In this document: piece after piece, positions 45,953 to 55,076 of the stretch
Numbering within the stretch: position 1 is the first letter of the stretch
Layout of the letters: each line of letters starts with the position of its first letter
NCBI GenBank assembly: GCA_944386495.1
Contig: CALXBE010000010.1
Coordinates: 2,822-66,821, forward strand
Reading direction: 5' to 3'
Length of the DNA stretch: 64,000 bases
From: an uncultured Gemmiger sp.
GTDB taxonomy: Bacteria; Bacillota; Clostridia; Oscillospirales; Ruminococcaceae
Notes under the pieces: generated by a model
Databases searched by the model: none
What the model was told of the DNA's origin: nothing
Seen by the model: only the letters and a program-made list of their open reading frames with translations
Position numbers and translations under genes: made by a program

Positions 45953-46417
45953 ATGTACGGAGTAAGCAAAATCACCAGCGAACAGAATATTATGTTGGTA
46001 ACCTTCCCCGATGCAAAGTACAGCGCCAGAAGTCTGGCAGAGCATCTCCAGGTATTTGCAGACAATAACATTGTTCTGGATATGATTTGCCAGAGCGCTC
46101 CCCACGGCTCCAAAACCGACTTCAGCTTTACCACCAGCTATGACAACTTTACTACTGTCATGCGCACCATCCCCCAGGCACTGGTTGGCCGGGACGAGCC
46201 CGCTCCCTTTATCAGCGGCGGTTATGTAAAGATCAATCTCTTCGGTGAGGAAATGGTCACCAGCTGCGGCGTAGCGGCCCGGGCTCTGGCTGCCCTGGCC
46301 AAGAAAGGAATCGAAGTAAACCTGATTACTACCAGCGATTTGGATATCAGCCTTCTCATCCGGGGCGAAAACGAGGATGCAGCGCTGGAAGTGCTCAAAG
46401 AAGCCTATCAGCTCTGA
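45953..46417 (+). CDS. Stand-alone tandem ACT-domain protein (aspartokinase regulatory-subunit-like)
   Basis: 154 aa. 'VKINLFGEEMVTSCGVAARALAALAKKGIEVNLITTSDLDISLLI' resembles the C-terminal ACT pair of aspartate kinases. Confidence 0.65.
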   Translation: MYGVSKITSEQNIMLVTFPDAKYSARSLAEHLQVFADNNIVLDMICQSAPHGSKTDFSFTTSYDNFTTVMRTIPQALVGRDEPAPFISGGYVKINLFGEEMVTSCGVAARALAALAKKGIEVNLITTSDLDISLLIRGENEDAALEVLKEAYQL

Positions 46418-46557
46418 TCCCTGTTGCAATTAAAAATAGAAAAATCAGCCTGGGCAACCTTGGACGGCCTGGGCTGATTTGTTTTTAAAGCAGTTTCATT
46501 TGCTGAATTCCAGGACGCAGAATGCAGAGTTCTATTTGGAGCAAACAATTGCAGGAA

Positions 46558-46586
46558 TTGAAACTTTGCCAATATTTGTGTATAAT
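46558..46586 (+). promoter_or_regulatory. Putative sigma-A promoter of the LytTR/HK operon
   Basis: TTGAAA, 17-nt spacer, TATAAT, with TGtG immediately upstream of the -10. Confidence 0.5.
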
Positions 46587-46644
46587 ATACGAGAGAAATT
46601 TTTGCTTATTGTAAGGCTATTTTATTGGGAAGGAGGCCCCAGCC

Positions 46645-47349
46645 ATGCGGATCGCCGTGGTAGAAGACGAACAGGAACAGCGGGACCTGCTTAGCGGATA
46701 CATTCAGAAATTCGCCCAGGAAACCAACACCCAGCACACCATAGACCTTTTTGAAAATGGTCTTAAACTTTTGGAAGATTTCAAGCCCGAATATGATATT
46801 ATCCTGCTGGATATTGAAATGCCGGGAATCAACGGGATGGAAACGGCAGAACAGATCCGCGCCCTTGACGAGAATGTGGTGCTGATGTTCATCACCAACA
46901 TGGCGCAGTATGCGGTGGGGGGCTACTCCGTGGGAGCCTTGGATTTTGTACTTAAGCCCATCAACTACACCACCTTTTCCATTCGTTTTTCCCGGGCGGT
47001 AAAGCGGGCCGGGCTACGGCAAAGCGCTCAGATACTGCTGAATCTTCCCGACTGTGTCCGGCGGATTGAAACCCAGCAAATCTACTATGTGGAAGTCATG
47101 AATAAGATGCTCCACTATCACACGCAGCTTGGTGAATTTGTTCTGCGAGGCACCATGCAAAGCGTGGAAAGCATGCTCGCCCAATATAACTTTGTGAGAT
47201 GCAACCACTGGTATCTGGTCAATCTGCGTCATGTAACAGAGATTCGCCGGGATACCGTATTGGTAGGCGGCGATGAGCTGGAAATCAGCAGGCGCAACCG
47301 AAAAGCCTTCCTTACTGCACTGACAGCCTATGTGGGAGGGAGCTTCTAA
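46645..47349 (+). CDS. LytTR-family response regulator
   Basis: Receiver domain 'IAVVEDE...ILLDIEMPGINGME' plus a C-terminal LytTR domain 'IYYVEV...RCNHWYLVNL'. Confidence 0.9.
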   Translation: MRIAVVEDEQEQRDLLSGYIQKFAQETNTQHTIDLFENGLKLLEDFKPEYDIILLDIEMPGINGMETAEQIRALDENVVLMFITNMAQYAVGGYSVGALDFVLKPINYTTFSIRFSRAVKRAGLRQSAQILLNLPDCVRRIETQQIYYVEVMNKMLHYHTQLGEFVLRGTMQSVESMLAQYNFVRCNHWYLVNLRHVTEIRRDTVLVGGDELEISRRNRKAFLTALTAYVGGSF

Positions 47350-48650
47350 TGACTTTTCAGGAATTTCTGGTTGAGCTTTGGCGCTTTACGGCCCTTTGGT
47401 CTATGGGAATAGTATTTCTTGCGCCCTTGGAGAAAAAGAAAAGCAGACTTTTTTCCTATGGGGCCAGCTGTATTCTCCCCTGCTTTGCTGCCTTTTTCCT
47501 GCTGAAAATCCTGCCGGCAGGATTTTATAAAATCTGGATTTCCCCTGCCATTGCCCTGTTTTTTGTCTCCCTGTTTTTCTGGCGCTGTGCAGAGCTTTCC
47601 CTCAAGTCGTCTGTTTACTGCGGTGTATGGGTAACTATGGTGGGAAATTTGGTGGTCATGATAAGCACACTGCTCTATCCCAGGTTTCCTTTTCTGGTGG
47701 CTTTCGGAATCAGTACTTTCATGCTGCTGATTCTTCTTTTTGTCATCTATGCCACCATTGCCCGTTGGATGCCTGACAAGGGAAAATATCATACCGGCCC
47801 CAGACAGTTTACCTTTGCTCTGGTGCTTTGGGTAATTTCGGTGATAACTGATCTGTGGTTTGCCATTGCCGCTCCTGCATCTGATCATTTTACCCAGTGC
47901 CTTCTCATGCTTCTGATCAAGTTCTACTGTATCACGGTCCTCTATCTGCAGCATGGGCTGTTCCAGAAAAGTGCCATTCGACAGGAGCTGGCGCTTTTGA
48001 ATACTCTTTGGGCTCAGCAGAAGAATCAATATGCCCTTTCCAAGGAAAACATTGCCCTCATCAATCAGAAGTGCCACGACCTGAAACATCAGATCAAAGC
48101 CATGCAGACCATGTTTGCGGGAGAATCCCGGGAAAAGTATCTTCAGGAAATTGAACGATCTGTCCGTATCTACGATGTGCGTGCCAAAACCGGAAACGAG
48201 GTCTTGGATACCGTTCTGACCGAAAAAAGCCTTCTCTGTGAAGCCAATGGAATTCAGGCCAACTGTGTGGCAGACGGAAGGCTCCTTTCCTTCATGGACC
48301 CGGTGGACCTGTATACTATCTTTGGAAACGCCATGGATAACGCCATAGAAAGCGTTTCTACCATTGAAGACAGAAACCGGAGAATCATTGATGTTCAGGT
48401 CTACAGAGAAAAACAGATGATGGTGATTCAGATCATCAATCCGGTGACTCAGAACATCCGGTTTGATTCAGATGATCTTCCCATAACCACCAAGGAAAAC
48501 AATGGATACCATGGGTTCGGGCTGCGGAGCATCCGTCATACCATAAAAAAATATGGTGGGTTCATGACTGTAAAAGTGGAGGACGGTTCCTTTTATCTCC
48601 GCCTCCTTCTTCCCTGCCGGTCTAAAGCCTCCCCTATAACCGCCCAATAA
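47349..48650 (+). CDS. AgrC/ComD-like (HPK10) GHKL sensor histidine kinase
   Basis: About 6 N-terminal TM helices, H-box 'CHDLKHQIKAM', N-box 'GNAMDNAIES' and 'GYHGFGLRSI'. TAATG overlap with the regulator gene. Confidence 0.85.
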   Translation: MTFQEFLVELWRFTALWSMGIVFLAPLEKKKSRLFSYGASCILPCFAAFFLLKILPAGFYKIWISPAIALFFVSLFFWRCAELSLKSSVYCGVWVTMVGNLVVMISTLLYPRFPFLVAFGISTFMLLILLFVIYATIARWMPDKGKYHTGPRQFTFALVLWVISVITDLWFAIAAPASDHFTQCLLMLLIKFYCITVLYLQHGLFQKSAIRQELALLNTLWAQQKNQYALSKENIALINQKCHDLKHQIKAMQTMFAGESREKYLQEIERSVRIYDVRAKTGNEVLDTVLTEKSLLCEANGIQANCVADGRLLSFMDPVDLYTIFGNAMDNAIESVSTIEDRNRRIIDVQVYREKQMMVIQIINPVTQNIRFDSDDLPITTKENNGYHGFGLRSIRHTIKKYGGFMTVKVEDGSFYLRLLLPCRSKASPITAQ

Positions 48651-48662
48651 TATTTCAAATAA

Positions 48663-48694
48663 GAAAGAGACCGCCCAACCGGACGGTCTCTTTC
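48663..48694. terminator. Bidirectional terminator between the HK (+) and SDR (-) genes
   Basis: Stem GAAAGAGACCG/CGGTCTCTTTC with a 10-nt loop. Confidence 0.7.
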
Positions 48695-48754
48695 ACATTT
48701 ATAGGAGGATTAGAAGAAATTGCGTTTCTAAAAGGGAGCGTTTCCTTTTGGAAA

Positions 48755-49609
48755 TCAAACTCCGGAATAGGCGGAAAAGCCGCCGTCAATGGGAATACAT
48801 ACACCAGTAATAAAGCTTGCTGCCTCGTTGTTCAGAAGGAACAGCACTGCACCTGCCAGCTCTTTTTCGGTGTCGCCAAAACGGCCCATGGGAGTGGCAG
48901 CCAGAATCTTGCCGGTCCGGGCAGTGGGAGTGCCATCCTCATTGTAGAGGAGCTTCTGGTTCTGCTTGGTGGAGAAGAATCCGGGAGCAATGGCATTGAC
49001 ACGGATTCCCACCTTGCTGAAATGAACAGCCAGCCACTGGGTAAAGTTGCTGACGGCAGCCTTGGCGCCGGAGTAAGCAGGAATCTTGGTAAGGGGGGTG
49101 TAGGCATTCATGGAGGAAATATTGAGAATATTGCAGCCTTCCTTCCCTACCATCTGACGGGCAAAAGCCTGAGTGGGCAACAGAGTACCAATGAAGTTCA
49201 GATTGAACACAAACTCCACACCGCTGGTCTCCAAATCAAAGAAGCTCTTGGTATCTCCGTCGATGTCGCCAATTTCAAAGTATTCCTTGTCAGTGGTGGC
49301 CCGGGGATTGTTTCCGCCTGCACCATTGATAAGGATATCGCAGCTGCCCAGGTCAGCAGCTACTGCATCAGCCACGGAATAGCAGCTGTCTTTGTCCAGA
49401 ACATTGCACTTGTAGGCTTTGGCTACGCCGCCCTCGGCTGTGATTTCATCGGCAAAAGCCTGGGCAGCTTCCTGGTTCAGGTCCAGCAGAGCCACCTTGG
49501 CGCCGGCCCGGGCCAGCACTTTTGCAAAGGCAGAGCAGAGAACTCCGCCGGCACCGGTAACGACCGCTACCTTACCGGTAAGGTCGGTATTCAGTACATT
49601 CTTTTCCAT
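48755..49609 (-). CDS. SDR family oxidoreductase (YjmF/UxuB-type, hexuronate-pathway-like)
   Basis: 'VTGAGGVLC', 'NGAGGNNPRATT' and 'YSGAKAAV'. 284 aa. Confidence 0.8.
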   Translation of the reverse strand: MEKNVLNTDLTGKVAVVTGAGGVLCSAFAKVLARAGAKVALLDLNQEAAQAFADEITAEGGVAKAYKCNVLDKDSCYSVADAVAADLGSCDILINGAGGNNPRATTDKEYFEIGDIDGDTKSFFDLETSGVEFVFNLNFIGTLLPTQAFARQMVGKEGCNILNISSMNAYTPLTKIPAYSGAKAAVSNFTQWLAVHFSKVGIRVNAIAPGFFSTKQNQKLLYNEDGTPTARTGKILAATPMGRFGDTEKELAGAVLFLLNNEAASFITGVCIPIDGGFSAYSGV

Positions 49610-49661
49610 ACTATGATTTTCCTTTTTCTATTAAAGTTCAATCTTAAATCTAAAGCTGAAT

Positions 49662-51227
49662 TCAGCTGCGGAACTGTGCAGGAACCTGATCCATAGTCTG
49701 CCAGGTCTTCATGGCTTCTTCAATGCTCATACCCTTGGAAATGGCATCTTTCCGAACTGCATTCACGGCCTGAATTTCTTTCATCCGTTCGCCGGTCAGA
49801 CTGTAGTTCTTCATTGCCAGCAGGGTGGCAGCCCAAGCCAGCATGGGAATGATGCAGAACAGTACGATGACGACCCAGTTCATTCCTTCAGTGTAGGGGC
49901 TGTACTGAGTGGGCAGAATATCCAGGCCAATCAAGCCCACTGCAATACCTACAACGGTTGCAGAGAGGCTGGAAACCAGCTTGTCCACCAGGCTGAACAG
50001 GGTGCCCATAATACCGGGGATGTACTTGCCGGAACGATAGGTCTCGTAGTCGGAGCAGTCGGCCACCATGGGAATAGGCATATCAGCGGTAGCATAGTAG
50101 GCGCCGTAGCCCACACCAAAGAAAGCAATGAAGAGGATGGTGTACAGGTTGACAGCCAGGCCGTTCTCGTTCCAGAGGGACAGAGTAAATGCATCTCCAC
50201 GACCCCAGAGCAGAAGCAGTACCAGAACGCCCACATAGCACACGAGGGCCACGGTTACATACCGCATCAGGCTGGCCTTCTGGCCCAGCTTCTGACTGGT
50301 ACGAACAGTAAGCAGAAAGAAAGGTACGCTGAACACATAGCCCAGCACCATCATGGGCAGATACAGACCATCATAATTCCCCATCATACAGCCGTAAAGC
50401 ATGCAGAGAACGGTGGTGTTGGTGGCAATGGAAAGAGCCAGCTTGCAGCCTGCACCGGCAACCATCAGCCGCTGCATGGGGTTGTTCTGACGAATAATCT
50501 GGATGTACTCCCGAACCTTGATTTTTTCAGTCTTGTCCCCGCCCAGGCCAAAGTACTTGGGACAATCCTTTTCCCAGATGCCCACAATGGCCAGAATGGT
50601 CAGAATCACAGAAATAATGATTCCCACGGGAGCCAGAACACGGAAGAACTCGGCAGAAGAGTAGCCGTTTTCAAAATTTTTAGCCAGGAGCGGTGCGAAG
50701 AACTGCATGGCTCCCATACCCAAAAGGCTGCCGATGGTATTGAAAATGGTAAAGAGAGGACGCTGCTTGGGGTCGTTGGTCAGAACAGTCTGACCGGAAC
50801 GGGTGCAGCTGGTCTGGAAGGTGTATCCGATGACCCAGACCGCATACAATGCCACGAAAGCGGCATACCGGGCAGCCATCATATCTGCAGGGATAATAGG
50901 GGTCAGGCCATACAGCACCAGAATGCTGACCGCCATAATAATGTTGCCAATCACCATAAAGGGACGGAACTTGCCGAACTTGCCGTTAGTTCTATCCATC
51001 AAAGCGCCGATAATGGGATCGGTAAGTGCGTCAAATACACGCATGCCGGTGACCATAACAGAGGCAAACAGAGTTCCCAGGCTCAGAACATTGGCACCAA
51101 AGGTGGCAATGTAGCTGAGAACCAGAACATAATAAACATTGGTGGCGCCATTATTCAGGGGAAAGAGAACCAGCTGATACAGCTTCGCCCGATTCAGGGT
51201 GTTGGACTGAGAAGATTGGGTACCCAT
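49662..51227 (-). CDS. GPH-family glycoside/glucuronide:cation symporter
   Basis: 12-TM protein with the GPH signature 'DALTDPIIGALMDRT..KFGKFRPF'. ATG 51227 is preferred because AAGGAG lies upstream. Confidence 0.85.
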   Translation of the reverse strand: MGTQSSQSNTLNRAKLYQLVLFPLNNGATNVYYVLVLSYIATFGANVLSLGTLFASVMVTGMRVFDALTDPIIGALMDRTNGKFGKFRPFMVIGNIIMAVSILVLYGLTPIIPADMMAARYAAFVALYAVWVIGYTFQTSCTRSGQTVLTNDPKQRPLFTIFNTIGSLLGMGAMQFFAPLLAKNFENGYSSAEFFRVLAPVGIIISVILTILAIVGIWEKDCPKYFGLGGDKTEKIKVREYIQIIRQNNPMQRLMVAGAGCKLALSIATNTTVLCMLYGCMMGNYDGLYLPMMVLGYVFSVPFFLLTVRTSQKLGQKASLMRYVTVALVCYVGVLVLLLLWGRGDAFTLSLWNENGLAVNLYTILFIAFFGVGYGAYYATADMPIPMVADCSDYETYRSGKYIPGIMGTLFSLVDKLVSSLSATVVGIAVGLIGLDILPTQYSPYTEGMNWVVIVLFCIIPMLAWAATLLAMKNYSLTGERMKEIQAVNAVRKDAISKGMSIEEAMKTWQTMDQVPAQFRS

Positions 51228-51314
51228 AATCCGTGATTTCTCCTTTTTAATGAGGGACAAGAGGGCCCGCCTGTTCAGGTAGGCAGGCCCCCTTGTTAAA
51301 ACCTCAAGTTGGTC

Positions 51315-51743
51315 TTATGCGGCCTTGGCAGATTTGCAGAAGCTGCCCACAATGAGCAGGATGCAAGCCACGATCATGCATACCGCACAGCCGACAGTGG
51401 CATAGAAGATGGTCCAGCCCAGAGTGTTGCCGGAGTTGTAAGAAAACAGACCGGCAATGAGCAGAATCCGCTGAAGGACACATTGTCCGTAAACATAGCT
51501 GTACAGGGCAATGGAAGCCAGTACAGAGACAGCGGTAACCGGATTGTGGTCCCCCATCCGGGCAGGGGCCCAGGCAGCAAGAACCACCAGAATAACTCCT
51601 GCTACCCCGGCAGCAATGACAAGACCGCCGTTGCTGAGGGCATTTTCAGTAGAGAGGGAGCTGCTGTAGCCAGCAAGAGCTACACCTGCAGCGCCCAGCA
51701 GAGCAGCTACCAGGTTAAGGTAAAAAACGATACCTTTTTTCAT
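51315..51743 (-). CDS. Hypothetical 142-aa four-TM membrane protein
   Basis: GGAGG RBS. Starts 1 nt after the GH3 stop. Very hydrophobic, Gly/Ala/Val-rich. Confidence 0.5.
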   Translation of the reverse strand: MKKGIVFYLNLVAALLGAAGVALAGYSSSLSTENALSNGGLVIAAGVAGVILVVLAAWAPARMGDHNPVTAVSVLASIALYSYVYGQCVLQRILLIAGLFSYNSGNTLGWTIFYATVGCAVCMIVACILLIVGSFCKSAKAA

Positions 51744-51744
51744 C

Positions 51745-54700
51745 TTACTCTTCCTCCTTCTTGTGGGCGGAAGCCATAATGTACACGCCTACACCCGCCA
51801 GCATTACGATACCGGAAACGCCTGCCATGCCGTAGTAGACAGCACGCCACCAGGTCAGCTGGCTCTCAATATGGGTAGTAGCATTGTACCGGTTCATCAG
51901 ATGGCTCTCGGTCCATGCGTAAATATTCTTGTGAACAGCTTCCTTCAGCTTGAGCTGGAGGTTGGCGTCGCCGTCGATGAAGTGCTCATCCAGGCCACGG
52001 CCCTCTACCAGGTTCTGGAACAGGTTGGAGCTGCTCAGGGTAGTGGTGCTGTAGAAGCCGGCTTGTCCACGGGTGTCGAAGCAGGTAGTGCCAGAGTTGA
52101 GAACGGCGCTCCACAGGTCGGTATCATCGTAAATGTCGGTTACTGCGTAGCCGATGAAGCCCCATTCGTTGGCCAGAATCTCAGTCATCAGGCCTTCGCT
52201 GGTGGTGCACTCGATGGAACCGATCTTGGAGAAGGAGGTCATGAGACCACGCATACCTGCATCGTAATCCTCGGTGTCGTACTTGGTAGCCTCGAAGGCG
52301 ATCTGGTAAGCACGCAGCTCAACCTCGCGGGCACGCTGCTCGGTCATGTAGGGAGATACGCCGCCACGCTCAGATTCCTGGTCGTTGAAGGCGAAGTGCT
52401 TGGGAGCGGCAACCAGACCGTAGTCCAGAGCGCCGATGGCAAATTCCATAGCTGCCACACCGGACAGGACGGGATCTTCAGAGTAGTACTCGCCGTTCCG
52501 GCCATTGTAGGCATGACGATGGGTGTTCAGGCCGGGTCCCCACAGGATATTGATGCCGGTGAAGAGAGACTCAATGCCGGTGAACTCGCCCAGTTCGTAC
52601 ATGAGATCAGGGTTAAAGGTGGAAGCGCCCAGAGGAGCGTTGCCGAATACTTCGGGATGCCAGTTGCCGTTGGGGTCGGAAGCAGGGATAGCCCAGGGAG
52701 CAGCAGGATCCTTGGAAGCGTTCAGGTTAACGGCAATACCGTTTCCTGCGTTCTCGGTCATGTAGGTCTCTACAGTACCGATGGAGTCAGCGCCAGGGAT
52801 GGAGGGGCCGCCGAAGGTGAAGATGTACATGGCCTCTTCCAGAGTCAGCTGATCCAGCAGCTGATCCCACTTGGGATCGTCGTAAGGCACACCGAACATC
52901 TCGTAGAACTTGATGCCGTTGTCCTGACCCCACAGAATGTCGGAGGTGTCGTCCTCGGTCTGGAGGGTATAGGTCTTACCGTTCAGGTTGTTGATGAGTT
53001 CCTCATTGGTGAGGGTCATATCAGTGTAGCTCTTGGGATAGGTGCCTGCCCAGTCAGTACGGCTCAGGTAGGTCACTTCACCGGGCTGATAGTAATTCCA
53101 GTCAGCGTAGGGCAGCTGGTTGGAGATGGGGTAACCGGTCTTGGAAACAGAGAACAGGGTCTTGGAAATAAAGTCCTCGGTGATTTCCTTGACATAGACC
53201 TGGGCAGCATTGCCCACCCCTACCATCTTGGAGGTATCCATGCCCTGGGCAACCATAATGTTGTTCAGAGCATCGTGAGCACCGTTGCCCACAGAGAAGT
53301 AGTAGCTGCCGGGGTCCATAACATAGGTGCCGGTGGTGCCGTCGCCGTTGTCATAGGTCTCATCATAGCTGGCAATGTACTGGAGGTCAACCTTGACAGA
53401 GACTACCTGGGACTGGCCGGGCTCCAGAACATCAGACTTTTCAAAGTTCAGCAGCTGAATAGCAGACTTTTCCAGTCCGCCGATGGTATAGGGAGCCTGA
53501 CCGTAGATCTGTACAGAGGTCTTGCCGGCCACATCGCCCACATTGGTGACCTTCACATCGAAGGTGGCATAGGCATTGGGAGCGCCGGTCTCGCTGTCAA
53601 CAGAAATGTCGAAGGTGGGCTCGCCCTGGAATTCAAAGGTGAAGTCGGTGTAGCTCAGACCATAGCCAAAGCCATAGGTGACTTCCTTGTCGTAATCCCA
53701 GCTTTCAGTGGAGGCATAAGCGCCCACGGGGCTGGAAGCATTTCCGCGGCCAGCTACAGAATCATAGTAGCGGGTCTCGTAGTAACGGTAACCAACATAC
53801 AGGCCCTCGGCCTCGATGGTGTAAGCGCCGGGAGTGAAGCCCATAACGCCGCCGGTGCGGGTGATGACTTCATCGGTGTTGGAGTAATACATCTTGCCCA
53901 TGTTCTGCATGGCAGGAGCAGACATATTGTAGGTGGTGAAAATGTCAAACAAACCGCCGGAGGGGCTGACCCGTCCGCAGAGGATGTCTGCTACACCCAG
54001 CATGCCGTAGCAGCCGGGAGCGCCGATCCAGAGGATGGCATCAACATCGGGATCGTCTTTCAGAGTGCCGATCTCAACAGAAGCGGAGCTGGAAATAAGC
54101 ACGATAACCTTGTCGCTGGCTTCCTTGGCCAGTTCGATGGCATCCAGTTCGTTCTTGGTCAGGGAGAGAGGCTCGCCGTGCTCAAACTCCACACCCTCGG
54201 CTACGCCACCGGGCAGGTAGTCAACAGACTCAGCGCTGGGACGAGCAATCACTACAATGGCGGCATCGCCATATTCAACAAAGCTGTCCTTATAGCTTCC
54301 GTTCACGGCAGCGATCTCGTCTACAGAGGGCTCACCGGGATCGTACACTTCGGCAGCGGGCTCGTTCTCGTAATGAACATAGGTCTCGCCCAGCTTCTCA
54401 TAAATGTCGATCATGGTCTGGTTCAGGTTGAAGCCGGCCCCCTCGAAATCAAACTCGTCACCCTTCCACTCGGTGATGGTGGCGGAGGGAGCAGCGCCAC
54501 GGCTGCCTACGCTCCAGGCAATGGTGTTGGCAAAGTCGGTGCGGTTCTGGCTGAGAGCCTGCTCCAGGCTGATGTAGGGGCCCTGGGCCTTTACGCCGAA
54601 GCTGGAACCCAGCAGGTTTACATGGGAGCGGATGCCCAGCAGGGTAACATTGGAGCCGCTCTCCAGGGGCAGAGCGCCGTTGTTCTTGAGCAGAACGCTG

Positions 54701-54987
54701 CCTTCAGCAGCCTCACGGCGGCCCAGATCGATGGCGGCAGAGATAAGAGCATTGGAATTGCCGGTGCCGTCCTCGTTCAGCAGTTCCTCAGGGGGAGTGA
54801 ACTTATCATAAAGAGGGTTCTCCTCGTCGTTATCAGAGGCCAGAACCTCGCTGGTGGTTCCCAGGTAGGTGTCGATGGTAGCCGCATTGGCTTCCAGGGC
54901 AATTCCCAGGATCATGGACAAGCAAAGGCTGAAGCAAGCAATACCGCTGATTCCCCGCGCCAATGCTTTTTTGGTTTGCAGTTTCAT
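51745..54987 (-). CDS. Glycoside hydrolase family 3 enzyme, secreted, with a C-terminal TM anchor
   Basis: 1080 aa with a signal peptide. GH3 segments 'YSEDPVLSG', 'KHFAFNDQE' and 'GFIGYAVTD'. The C-terminal helix 'YYGMAGVSGIVMLAGVGVYIM' is followed by KKEEE. Confidence 0.9.
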   Translation of the reverse strand: MKLQTKKALARGISGIACFSLCLSMILGIALEANAATIDTYLGTTSEVLASDNDEENPLYDKFTPPEELLNEDGTGNSNALISAAIDLGRREAAEGSVLLKNNGALPLESGSNVTLLGIRSHVNLLGSSFGVKAQGPYISLEQALSQNRTDFANTIAWSVGSRGAAPSATITEWKGDEFDFEGAGFNLNQTMIDIYEKLGETYVHYENEPAAEVYDPGEPSVDEIAAVNGSYKDSFVEYGDAAIVVIARPSAESVDYLPGGVAEGVEFEHGEPLSLTKNELDAIELAKEASDKVIVLISSSASVEIGTLKDDPDVDAILWIGAPGCYGMLGVADILCGRVSPSGGLFDIFTTYNMSAPAMQNMGKMYYSNTDEVITRTGGVMGFTPGAYTIEAEGLYVGYRYYETRYYDSVAGRGNASSPVGAYASTESWDYDKEVTYGFGYGLSYTDFTFEFQGEPTFDISVDSETGAPNAYATFDVKVTNVGDVAGKTSVQIYGQAPYTIGGLEKSAIQLLNFEKSDVLEPGQSQVVSVKVDLQYIASYDETYDNGDGTTGTYVMDPGSYYFSVGNGAHDALNNIMVAQGMDTSKMVGVGNAAQVYVKEITEDFISKTLFSVSKTGYPISNQLPYADWNYYQPGEVTYLSRTDWAGTYPKSYTDMTLTNEELINNLNGKTYTLQTEDDTSDILWGQDNGIKFYEMFGVPYDDPKWDQLLDQLTLEEAMYIFTFGGPSIPGADSIGTVETYMTENAGNGIAVNLNASKDPAAPWAIPASDPNGNWHPEVFGNAPLGASTFNPDLMYELGEFTGIESLFTGINILWGPGLNTHRHAYNGRNGEYYSEDPVLSGVAAMEFAIGALDYGLVAAPKHFAFNDQESERGGVSPYMTEQRAREVELRAYQIAFEATKYDTEDYDAGMRGLMTSFSKIGSIECTTSEGLMTEILANEWGFIGYAVTDIYDDTDLWSAVLNSGTTCFDTRGQAGFYSTTTLSSSNLFQNLVEGRGLDEHFIDGDANLQLKLKEAVHKNIYAWTESHLMNRYNATTHIESQLTWWRAVYYGMAGVSGIVMLAGVGVYIMASAHKKEEE

Positions 54988-55076
54988 GTTGCGTATTTCC
55001 TCCTCATTTTTTTATGATTGCCATAATGTAGGTTTTGGTGACCTCGCTCCTTTCCGTATGGTTTTTTATGAAAGCC

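Noticed and set aside
46479-46694. 71-aa ORF upstream of the LytTR regulator as an AgrD/ComC-like pre-peptide
   Set aside because: It spans the predicted promoter and RBS, runs into the regulator's start in another frame, has no RBS of its own, and has no leader or double-glycine type features.
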